Shown here: piece by piece, positions 8,279 through 16,826 of the stretch
Layout of the letters: every line of letters begins with the position of its first letter
Numbering within the stretch: position 1 is the first letter of the stretch
Source of the DNA: a virus
Reading direction: 5' to 3' (one strand)
IMG/VR virus record: IMGVR_UViG_3300045988_109836
Length of the DNA: 64,000 bases
Program-made: the position numbers and the translations under genes
The notes under the pieces: model-generated
Databases searched by the model: none
What the model was told of the DNA's origin: nothing
Seen by the model: only the letters and a program-made list of their open reading frames with translations

Positions 8279-8839
8279 TTATTCCCAATAAAATTGCATA
8301 TTTAACATTTCTTGTGTTTCCTTCTTGATAGGCTTATATCTCGTTTCTGTGGTTAAGTCCCTCTCTGCAACGTTGTTATACTCTTCCAAAGCCTTTTCCT
8401 TATCTATGCTTCTTTCAACCCATATACCTATCATCTGGTCCGGCTGCATATCTCCAATAGACACCGGATTATCTTCTGTAGCCTCGTAAAACTGTACCGT
8501 ATAGGGTCTGCTATATATATTAGGTGCACTTCCCATATATCGGCTTCCGTCTTCTCCTTCCATCATTCCTACTGCACCCACCTTGAACGAACACACATTT
8601 GTTTCCGGATTTTCAAACCATATCTTCACATCCCTTGCCGCTTCCTGGCTGTCATTATGCAGCACTATAGCCCGGTATTCATTCCTTGCATTTCTTATTG
8701 TATTTACACTCAATTCGTCAAACAAATTACCGAACATGTCATTAGGTATTGCCGTCGAAGACACAAAACCACCCAGTGAATAGGAAACATTCTGTTGTTC
8801 TGCCATATAGCCGGAACTCACTGTATACAATAGCCTCAT
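8279..8839 (-). CDS. hypothetical virion-associated protein
   Basis: 186 aa and the last gene of the fibre operon. No motif recognised; assignment by position only. Confidence 0.55.
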   Translation of the reverse strand: MRLLYTVSSGYMAEQQNVSYSLGGFVSSTAIPNDMFGNLFDELSVNTIRNARNEYRAIVLHNDSQEAARDVKIWFENPETNVCSFKVGAVGMMEGEDGSRYMGSAPNIYSRPYTVQFYEATEDNPVSIGDMQPDQMIGIWVERSIDKEKALEEYNNVAERDLTTETRYKPIKKETQEMLNMQFYWE

Positions 8840-8852
8840 ACCTTGTCCTCCT

Positions 8853-9689
8853 TTATTTCTTTGATTGTGGCATTCCTGCCAAAGACCAATATTCTTTTTT
8901 TGCTGTATTATCTATCGTAACCGTTCCTCCATTATTTCGTACACGAGCTATAAAAAACTCATTGTTTGATTTCGTAGGGGCTGTTTCCAATGTTACTTCT
9001 TGCGTCAATCCCAATGTAAACCAGTCGTATGTATAAAGTCCTCCCATCTGTGCATCCGTAAACACTTTTCCCAATGGCACGGTTCCCAATATCACTACTT
9101 GCAGATTTGTTTCTGCCACAAAATCAGATTCCGAAGTCAGCACGATATTCTTGTTGTCTATTATATTGACAATTTCGTATACACCGTTATTTAGAGGCTG
9201 TGACCCATCGTCTTTCAAAAATTTTATCGCTACCGGGGTTTTCCCTGCCTGTCCTCTCACCTTGCCGGAAAAGTCCACCGTTCCAGTTACAACTCCTTTC
9301 TGGTTGATACTCACATATCCGTTTTCATAGTTTTTTGTCGAATACCCGATTTTCAACCAGTAATAAACACTATCTGCCGGGATAGCATAATTATCGTATA
9401 TATTCGCAATATTTATCACTTGTCCCAACGAATTTACTGCCATACCCGGTAATATCTTTACCGTTCCTCCCTGTGTTCCTTGCTGTACATCAAAAGCCTT
9501 ATTGTCCACAAAATCCTCTTCCGTCTTGAAATCAGACTTGAATTTAATAGGATTATTTGTCACTATGCCGAAAGAGTAGCTTCCGGCAATTAAAATCTTT
9601 CCCAACAGAGAATTCTGTAGGAAAGACTGCATATTCATCACTTCTTCCTTTTCCAGGAAAGTGTTTCTGTTAACATTTATTTGAGCCAT
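8853..9689 (-). CDS. hypothetical tail/fibre-associated protein
   Basis: 278 aa, beta-rich, directly downstream of the 1818-aa fibre gene. Assignment by position only. Confidence 0.55.
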   Translation of the reverse strand: MAQINVNRNTFLEKEEVMNMQSFLQNSLLGKILIAGSYSFGIVTNNPIKFKSDFKTEEDFVDNKAFDVQQGTQGGTVKILPGMAVNSLGQVINIANIYDNYAIPADSVYYWLKIGYSTKNYENGYVSINQKGVVTGTVDFSGKVRGQAGKTPVAIKFLKDDGSQPLNNGVYEIVNIIDNKNIVLTSESDFVAETNLQVVILGTVPLGKVFTDAQMGGLYTYDWFTLGLTQEVTLETAPTKSNNEFFIARVRNNGGTVTIDNTAKKEYWSLAGMPQSKK

Positions 9690-9715
9690 ATATCAATAAA
9701 TTTTTATTTACAAAA

Positions 9716-12700
9716 TTAGAACCATGACGGATGTTGTTTCTTGTAATCTTCGTAACTGAACATCCTTGTACATCCTGCAAAACAACCGTTTCCATCAATT
9801 CTATCTATAGAAGGGAATCCAATTTGTGCGCCGAATATTCTACCTAAATCAAATATCAAAGGCATATATGCGGCTAGTAATGTAGCGCCGCCTATCTTAC
9901 CAACCCATCTCGGCTGTGCCGTCATACTTGAACAGTCTTTAAACGTATTTACACAATTAAATACATGTTTCAAAACGCCGGATTCTATAAAAGCATTAAG
10001 TCCGCTTGAATTTGTTACATCACCAAACGTGTATTCTGATGTCTGTAAGTTACTACACCCCTCAAACATACTTTTAATGCTTACCGATACAGAATGTCCC
10101 GGTGGTGTAACGGGGTTGCCTTGTGAACCTGCTGTTCTCAAATTAATACACCCACTGAAACACTCTACATAAGTATAACATTCCGTCGATTCTGAAAACA
10201 AAGAAGATGTTATCGTTGTTAGTCCACTATTCTTAAACATTGCTAATGCACTAACTATGTTAGGAATTATTACCCCACTCACATTCAACAGACTGCTGCA
10301 CCTCTCAAACATTCTGTCACAAAACACTCTGTTTGCACTAAAATTAAATGCACTTGAACTTATACTTGTCAAATTTTCACATTCATAAAACGCCTGAGCC
10401 ATCGTTAATTCCTGTACAGAGCCAGAAAACATATTAGACGGAAGAGAAGATATACCGGAATCAATACAAAATGCGTTTGCGACTTGTCTTTTCCCCGAAA
10501 AATACTTGAATACTATTCTACAAGGAGATTGTAAATTAGTACAACCGCTAAACATATATTGGCAACTACTTATGTTTAATGCGCCTATATCGTTACTTAT
10601 ACTTGACATTCCTGTACATTTAGAAAACATATAATCCAAGAATGTTCCATTACTTGATGTCCTTAATTGTCCTTGTACCGAAGATATACCCTTACATCCG
10701 CTAAAACAATAGGAGTAATCGTTTATTATACTTCCTCCAAGTATGCTTGACAAATTTATGGGACCACTCAATCCGCTATCCTTATATGTCTGCACGAATG
10801 TACCACTTGATACAAACCCAAATAATCCTTCTGGTACGCCTTTCAGACTTGAACATCCCTCAAAAAAAGAATCGGTAGAACCGCTCATTAAACTTGTAGT
10901 CCAACTTACAACCGAATAGAGGCTGCTGCAATTCTTGAACGCCCCTTTATTCCACGAAGTCCTTACATCTTCCACAAACCATTTTATTACCTTTGTCAAG
11001 CAATTCTGGAAACCTGCAAAATTAGAAGCACTCCATGACAAATTAGCCTGCATGCCGTTAAAATCAAACAAAATTATCTTCGTTCCGCTTGAATTATAGG
11101 TGTGTGAGCTTGTTCCTATTGTCTGCTCGCCGTCACCCCATTTTACACGCAAATTGTTAAGTCCTGTAGAGGTTGTATTCATCACCGGAAGTGTCAAGTT
11201 CATACCATTTGACACAAGAACCTCCAATACCGCACCATCTTCCATCGTGATGTTGATTGTCTTTTGAAATTCTTCCGGACCTACCGTATAATTTCCTCTT
11301 TCCGTAAAATAATTCTGACTTGTAGCTACCCACGCATAGGTATCGTTACATGGCACAATCCATGATACAGAACCGGAAGAGCTTGTTACTCCAGAACTTA
11401 CATTGTCCTCTATAGTCACTCCAGAAATAGGAGAGCCGTTTTTGGTACGCACATTATATGTCACCTGGCATTTATTCCTCGGCATCGTAACATTAACATA
11501 TACATCATCATCTTGTACACTCACAGCGCCATTCTGGCTTTGATATCCTGCTTTTGTGGTCTGCCAGTTAAAATTGCGTGGCGGTACATATCCACCAAAA
11601 GTGGCTTTTCCGTTTGCGGTCGTATATTGTGATTCATTGCCAAGAACTACCTTCACTCTTTCGATAGGATTTCCGGTATCATCCACAACCGTAAAGTAAA
11701 CCCTGTACAGATTAACGCTCAATATAATAGTCGCGTTTGTGTCCGTTTCCTCTACCTGCACAAACGTGTATCCTTGTGTATATTCCGGTAACTTGCTTGC
11801 ATAGGCGTTTCCGCTTGTTCCGGCCTCTACAATGAAAGAACACTGTCCCGTCTGACCTGTATATTGCGTTTGTCCGTTAAACGTCACCTGTGCGTTCTTT
11901 ACTACACTTCCGTATCTATCTTTCACGAAGATAGTCAGTGTTACCATCTTTACAGTAAAGTTAACCGGAACCTGTGTATTTCCATATACAGAGAACGAAG
12001 ACACCACATCGTTACAATATCTATAAGAAGCCCTGTAATTATAACTTCCGGAAACCAATTGCGTAGTCACCAAACCAAGTTCATTAGTTATTAGTGGTTC
12101 GCCTTGTCCTATAACCTCAATTTCAGCGCCAGAAGCCTGTACGCCACCAACAGAAGCGTTAAACGTCACATTGTAAGGAACCGCAGCTTTCTCACTCATT
12201 CTTATGGTATATTCATTATCACCTGCCTTTATATTGACGTTTCCCTTTGCCGGGTTATAATCCTGGTGAGACGCGCTCCACTCCCATACGCCAAGTTCAA
12301 GCGTCCAACTTGCAGCAATACCGTTATTGTTAGAATACCTCGTTTCCCCGTTTATTGTCACCACTGCATTTTGAATAGGAGCTTCTGTCTGTATATCAAT
12401 AACCTTTACTGTCAGTCTTCCCGTTTGCTTTATCAAGTCTACAGTTATTGCCAACGGCTGGTTTATGACGACTGCCGTTCCGGTTCTTGTCTCATACCCT
12501 TCTCTTGTTACGCTCCACGGATAACTACCTGGTACCCTGTTGAATACAGCGTTACCGCTCGCGTCCGTGTTGGCCGTCTGTTGTTCTTCCCCTACACCCA
12601 GGACTATAGGCTGATTCTTTACTGGTTGGTTATTTATTCTAACTGTAAATATAATGTCATAGGTTACAAGCTTCAATTGCACCTCCACACGTTTGTTTTC

Positions 12701-15160
12701 CCCATTCACCGTTACGACACCTTGTTTGGTATAATAACCTTCTTTTTGTACGGTCCAGTTGTAACCACCGGATATCCGGATAAATTGTGCCTGCCCACCA
12801 CTCGTGCTTATCGCTTCCGTTCCTATGGTAACCAAAGCATCGTCAAGCGGTGTATCGTTATCGTCCGTAACATAGAAATCAATCAAATAGCCTATCTGTA
12901 CCAAATCGACTTCTACTGTCACATCCCTATCCACGACTTCTACCGTTCCTTCTTGTCCTTTAAACTCTGTTTTTGACACCTTCCAGGAATAGGAACCTGC
13001 TATCTCCACAAACTTTGCAATACCATTACTTGCCGTTTGTAGCGTCGTGCCGTTGAAAGTAACATTCGCTTTTGCTACCGGTAATCCGTTGCTTCTCACG
13101 ACAAAGTTTATATTGTATTTCGGTATAGGATTAAATTGTATGTCTATAACCGCATTTCCGTATATGGTAAAATCCTTTTCTACGGTTATATATCCTTCTT
13201 TCACGACCTTATAATGATACGTTCCTGCCGGATATACAAACCCTGTTGCAAGACCCTGTGCATTAGAGCTTCCGGTTTGATTAGGAATATCCTTGCCTGT
13301 CACCAATACAGAGGCACCGGACACCGGGTCTACGCCATCCCTTATACGGAATGTCACGTTATAGTACGGTATCTTTTCCATCTCAATTTCTATGTTGGTG
13401 GAATCCACAATTTCCGCGTTTCTTCTTACCGTATAGTAGTCTTCGTATTCTGCCGTATATTCGTATATTCCCGGAAATACCTCGAACGTCGCTATGCCGT
13501 TTTGTCCGGTATACTGAACTTTTCCTGCAAACGTTACCTTCACGTTCTGCATCCAGTCTTTCGTTTCCTTGTCACGGACAAAGAATGTCACGACACGTTC
13601 ATAGGCAGCACCTTTCAACTGTATGTATTCTACCGCATCCTTGTCCACTAATAGAGAATTCTCTACGCTTTCAAAGTTATCGGCTTCCACCTCATAATAC
13701 CATTGTCCGCGCGGTAATATTATCTTTGCTTCTCCGTTTACATCCGTTACAAGCTCTTCCCCGTTTATTGTAATTCTCGCATTCGGTATGTACTTGTTCC
13801 GATTAGAAAACACCTTGAACAATATCTGATATTCCTCTTCTCCAATATATGGTCTTATTAATTCGCTGCCGAATATGTTCTTATATCCAACAAGGTAGTT
13901 TTTTAGGAAGGTCTCTACAGTGAATTGCTTCTGATATGCGTTGTTTTTATAATAGGCGGCTATAATATCTCTTTCCCCCAAATATCCCTGTGAAAACGGC
14001 AAATACAACGGCTTTACATGAAAATCGTAAATATATACATACGGCTGGTTGGAAGTCGTTCTTTCCTGCACGAATATCGGTGCTATATACTTCATACCCG
14101 GCTTTATTGACAAGGCACGTCCGGACGGGAAATTAAGCGCTGGCGCATTCAAAAACTTCTCGTTCGTTGACAACAGTATTCCTTTTATGTAGTAATATAT
14201 ACCGTCGTTCTTTATGTCCAGATATTCGTTTTCGTGGAACCATAGAGAGCTTCCGGTTATCTGTCCGTTCTCCAGTATACCCATAGGCAACGGTTCACCG
14301 TCTACCGTCTCATATCCTGCCACTCCAAATTTAAGGTTCTGGTTCTCTATTGCAGATACCTTTACTTGTAATGATATTTCGTATGATAAATTAGGGTCTA
14401 TGATAATAAGCTTGTCCAAGTCAACCCTTCCGTCTATACCTACAGTCTGGCTACCGAAAAAAGTCATTGCATTAAATATCTCTTCATCATCTCCGTTTTC
14501 GTCCTGGGTAATGCTTATACTTTCCGGTATCAATAGAGGGTAATTATTCAAGTCCTCTACTCCTTTTGTATATTCATACGCTTTTGATACGTTCATTACC
14601 GTATTCGTCCGGTCACATGTGGGTGAGCTATATCCCATCGCCCATCCTGTAGCTTCCGGTCTCAACAAGGCAAATATAAACTCGTCCAAAGAATTATACC
14701 TTATCAATCGCAACAACTCACCCAATATCTCACCTTCCTTGCTTATGATGTCAAGTCTTCCACGTTTTGAATATTCTTCCAGGTAGTTGTAAAATAGATA
14801 TTCCATTTGTTCCTGGCTATCTACCATATTAGTAACCAAACCTCTATTCTGGATAAACATCTCAAACAGAATCTGATTCGTGTCTATCTTCTTGTATTGC
14901 CTTGCATACAACACTATCAAAGCGAATATATGGGTTATAGTTCCCCAAAAGACACGGAAATCCTCGTTCTCTTTCTTTTTTAGGAACGTAGGCAAAATTC
15001 CCCTTCCTTCCAGTTTTTCGAGCACGTTTTCTGCCCACCGTATCACTTCCTTGTCGTTTTCCTCGAAAAAACGACTGAAAGGCAAATTATCATATATAGG
15101 TGTGGACTGGGGTAAAAATAATCCCCCACACGGGTTTTCTTTCTTTATTCTTTTTTCCAT
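9716..15160 (-). CDS. tail fibre/adhesin with tandem beta-sandwich repeats and a C-terminal BspA-type leucine-rich-repeat domain
   Basis: The track ORF starts at TTG (15172); the ATG is at 15160 (MEKRIKKENP..). About ten repeats follow the pattern V-x-F-x-V-x-D...P-(I/V)-x-x-A-x-V-T-x-N-G...T-x-x-N-G-x-A-x-F...G-x-Y-x-(Y/W)-x-V-x-K-x-G-Y (about 11290..13800). The C-terminal ~500 aa (about 9716..11220) carry repeated ..F-x-(G/N/D)-C-(S/T)-x-L-x-S.. units typical of BspA-like LRRs. Confidence 0.8.
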   Translation of the reverse strand: MEKRIKKENPCGGLFLPQSTPIYDNLPFSRFFEENDKEVIRWAENVLEKLEGRGILPTFLKKKENEDFRVFWGTITHIFALIVLYARQYKKIDTNQILFEMFIQNRGLVTNMVDSQEQMEYLFYNYLEEYSKRGRLDIISKEGEILGELLRLIRYNSLDEFIFALLRPEATGWAMGYSSPTCDRTNTVMNVSKAYEYTKGVEDLNNYPLLIPESISITQDENGDDEEIFNAMTFFGSQTVGIDGRVDLDKLIIIDPNLSYEISLQVKVSAIENQNLKFGVAGYETVDGEPLPMGILENGQITGSSLWFHENEYLDIKNDGIYYYIKGILLSTNEKFLNAPALNFPSGRALSIKPGMKYIAPIFVQERTTSNQPYVYIYDFHVKPLYLPFSQGYLGERDIIAAYYKNNAYQKQFTVETFLKNYLVGYKNIFGSELIRPYIGEEEYQILFKVFSNRNKYIPNARITINGEELVTDVNGEAKIILPRGQWYYEVEADNFESVENSLLVDKDAVEYIQLKGAAYERVVTFFVRDKETKDWMQNVKVTFAGKVQYTGQNGIATFEVFPGIYEYTAEYEDYYTVRRNAEIVDSTNIEIEMEKIPYYNVTFRIRDGVDPVSGASVLVTGKDIPNQTGSSNAQGLATGFVYPAGTYHYKVVKEGYITVEKDFTIYGNAVIDIQFNPIPKYNINFVVRSNGLPVAKANVTFNGTTLQTASNGIAKFVEIAGSYSWKVSKTEFKGQEGTVEVVDRDVTVEVDLVQIGYLIDFYVTDDNDTPLDDALVTIGTEAISTSGGQAQFIRISGGYNWTVQKEGYYTKQGVVTVNGENKRVEVQLKLVTYDIIFTVRINNQPVKNQPIVLGVGEEQQTANTDASGNAVFNRVPGSYPWSVTREGYETRTGTAVVINQPLAITVDLIKQTGRLTVKVIDIQTEAPIQNAVVTINGETRYSNNNGIAASWTLELGVWEWSASHQDYNPAKGNVNIKAGDNEYTIRMSEKAAVPYNVTFNASVGGVQASGAEIEVIGQGEPLITNELGLVTTQLVSGSYNYRASYRYCNDVVSSFSVYGNTQVPVNFTVKMVTLTIFVKDRYGSVVKNAQVTFNGQTQYTGQTGQCSFIVEAGTSGNAYASKLPEYTQGYTFVQVEETDTNATIILSVNLYRVYFTVVDDTGNPIERVKVVLGNESQYTTANGKATFGGYVPPRNFNWQTTKAGYQSQNGAVSVQDDDVYVNVTMPRNKCQVTYNVRTKNGSPISGVTIEDNVSSGVTSSSGSVSWIVPCNDTYAWVATSQNYFTERGNYTVGPEEFQKTINITMEDGAVLEVLVSNGMNLTLPVMNTTSTGLNNLRVKWGDGEQTIGTSSHTYNSSGTKIILFDFNGMQANLSWSASNFAGFQNCLTKVIKWFVEDVRTSWNKGAFKNCSSLYSVVSWTTSLMSGSTDSFFEGCSSLKGVPEGLFGFVSSGTFVQTYKDSGLSGPINLSSILGGSIINDYSYCFSGCKGISSVQGQLRTSSNGTFLDYMFSKCTGMSSISNDIGALNISSCQYMFSGCTNLQSPCRIVFKYFSGKRQVANAFCIDSGISSLPSNMFSGSVQELTMAQAFYECENLTSISSSAFNFSANRVFCDRMFERCSSLLNVSGVIIPNIVSALAMFKNSGLTTITSSLFSESTECYTYVECFSGCINLRTAGSQGNPVTPPGHSVSVSIKSMFEGCSNLQTSEYTFGDVTNSSGLNAFIESGVLKHVFNCVNTFKDCSSMTAQPRWVGKIGGATLLAAYMPLIFDLGRIFGAQIGFPSIDRIDGNGCFAGCTRMFSYEDYKKQHPSWF

Positions 15161-15239
15161 GTTGAGACACAATTAATTGCGCAGTAAAAATACGATTAAT
15201 TTTGGATATTACGAAAACAAACGCAACGAAAATACTGTA

Positions 15240-15320
15240 GAACCGTTCCACTACCTCAATCTCCTTTGTTCAAGACAGTACAATAACAATAGAGGCTCTG
15301 AAGGTAGGGGTGTGGGTGAA
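15240..15320. repeat. left arm of a perfect 81-bp inverted repeat (IR-L)
   Basis: 15240..15320 is the exact reverse complement of 18280..18360, compared base by base. The match ends at 15239/18361 and at 15321/18279. Confidence 0.93.
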
Positions 15321-16773
15321 CAACAGAAGAGTAGAACAATATTCTACATATATAGGCATATATGATAAACCGTATAAAGGGGCTTATACTGGTGTTGTAA
15401 ATTTACCAAGTGAAGAAAGTAAATTGTATGCTATTAGTAATTCTTTTGGTATTGTATTCCCTATGTATTATAGGGATACATATATGGTTGGGTATTCTGT
15501 CTATCTGGCCAGTAGTAAATTTAATGAATGGCTTATAGCTAAGTTATATAAAGGTAATAATATATGGAGTAATAATTATCCAAATTCAATAGATGATTAT
15601 AATATTTTTGGTTTATCAATAAGTTATCCTTATTATTATTTTAAAGAAAATAATAATTCAGTAATTACATTTATTTCTTATGCAATTGACTTAAGAATAA
15701 CTTGGTATGTGATACTAATTTATGGAGATACCAGTTCTAAGTTAAGTTCATATATGTCGCAAAGATTTTATACCAGTAATGCAGTAGGAGACCAACATAA
15801 ATATTTTAATAATTATTCTGTAAAGAAATATGCTTCTGTTATTAAATGTATTCCTTCTTCAAGAGGTTATGTTTATATTTATACTATTGGAAACCACGGT
15901 AATTCTTTTTTTCGGATAATAAGAGGTGAAACATCGAATAATGGTTATCCAACTGAATATCAAATTAGTTATTTAGATATATCGGGATATCCTTACAAAG
16001 ACGAAGGTAGAGTAGAACATATGGGATGGTTAGTATTGAGAAGTGATAACGAAAAAGTGATTATTTTAGTAAAATCACAAGATAGAACATATGGAGATAC
16101 GCATGCTAAATTTTATTACGGAATATGGAAAGCGTCTGTAGGGCAATATGGAGAAAGTTTATTATCAAGTAGTAATTATAGATGTTATTACAACATTCCC
16201 TCTGCAATTACATCTGTAATAGGTGGTGATTACTGGGTATCGCCAGATTTAAAATGGTTATTCTACATATCACTAAGTGGAGCTAATTACCAAGGATTTT
16301 CTAAAGGATTACATACTATAAAAGGGTCATCAGCTCTTTTTGGAGATAATGGATGGACTGGAGTTTCTTATGAAATGGAAGGAGGAGGTACAGATATTTT
16401 AAACGCTTGTCAGAACTATTATATATTAGATGTTCAATTTAATAGCAAATCTGATAAAATAATGGTTCTTGGGAATTCTTCTAAAGGTGCATTTACAGAT
16501 GTGGAACCTCGATATAGTTATGCAGAAGGTATTCAACCAGATATAATACTTTATTTTATTTGGGTGGAAAATAAGAAAAAATTTATCAAATTAAATAGTT
16601 CTTTTATAGGAGGAGATGCGCTTTGGAATGATTATAATAACTCTATATCTGGAGGCAAAGGTAATGCCTATAAACCTTTAATCAATTTTGTAAATGGAGA
16701 AATTAACTTCATGTATCCTGGAGGGAATGAGCCGTTTAATGCGTATAGATATAATTTGAGTTTCGGAGATTGA
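15241..16773 (+). CDS. silent alternative C-terminal cassette of the 3420-aa fibre (no own start codon or promoter)
   Basis: This is the only plus-strand ORF with protein-like composition. Its frame opens right after TAG 15238..15240, at the outer edge of IR-L. It encodes NRSTTSISFVQDSTITIEALKVGVWV, identical to the fibre protein, then 484 unique codons. There is no in-frame ATG for about 50 codons after the repeat. The C-terminal ~200 aa are homologous to the current fibre C-terminus. Confidence 0.8.
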   Translation, partial: NRSTTSISFVQDSTITIEALKVGVWVNNRRVEQYSTYIGIYDKPYKGAYTGVVNLPSEESKLYAISNSFGIVFPMYYRDTYMVGYSVYLASSKFNEWLIAKLYKGNNIWSNNYPNSIDDYNIFGLSISYPYYYFKENNNSVITFISYAIDLRITWYVILIYGDTSSKLSSYMSQRFYTSNAVGDQHKYFNNYSVKKYASVIKCIPSSRGYVYIYTIGNHGNSFFRIIRGETSNNGYPTEYQISYLDISGYPYKDEGRVEHMGWLVLRSDNEKVIILVKSQDRTYGDTHAKFYYGIWKASVGQYGESLLSSSNYRCYYNIPSAITSVIGGDYWVSPDLKWLFYISLSGANYQGFSKGLHTIKGSSALFGDNGWTGVSYEMEGGGTDILNACQNYYILDVQFNSKSDKIMVLGNSSKGAFTDVEPRYSYAEGIQPDIILYFIWVENKKKFIKLNSSFIGGDALWNDYNNSISGGKGNAYKPLINFVNGEINFMYPGGNEPFNAYRYNLSFGD

Positions 16774-16785
16774 TAGTTTATAAAA

Positions 16786-16818
16786 AGCGTCCATACCAAT
16801 TAAAAAAGTATGGACGCT
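16786..16818. terminator. bidirectional rho-independent terminator at the centre of the invertible segment
   Basis: Perfect 11-bp stem agcgtccatac / gtatggacgct with an 11-nt loop. It is flanked by T-runs for both strands (plus: cgttttattt; minus: CTTTTTATAAAC). Lies between the two convergent stop codons (16771 and 16827). Confidence 0.75.
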
Positions 16819-16826
16819 CGTTTTAT

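Noticed and set aside
12104-12976. 290-aa plus-strand ORF. The plus-strand ORFs 13136..13651, 13351..13773, 18463..19058 and 24321..24722 inside the fibre genes are similar cases.
   Set aside because: All lie antisense to long, repeat-rich minus-strand ORFs whose products have clear domain periodicity. Their compositions (Cys/Arg/Tyr-rich) are not protein-like.
15266-15289. Imperfect dyad TTGTT-N14-AACAA inside the 81-bp repeat, considered as a possible gix/hix-like crossover core.
   Set aside because: It does not resemble the Gin/Hin/Cin site consensus as I recall it. It is too short and degenerate to call without an identified recombinase.
15177-15365. 62-aa plus-strand ORF crossing IR-L.
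   Set aside because: It has a TTG start and is out of frame with the cassette. It is explained by the open sequence of the inverted repeat. It was useful only as a coordinate check.
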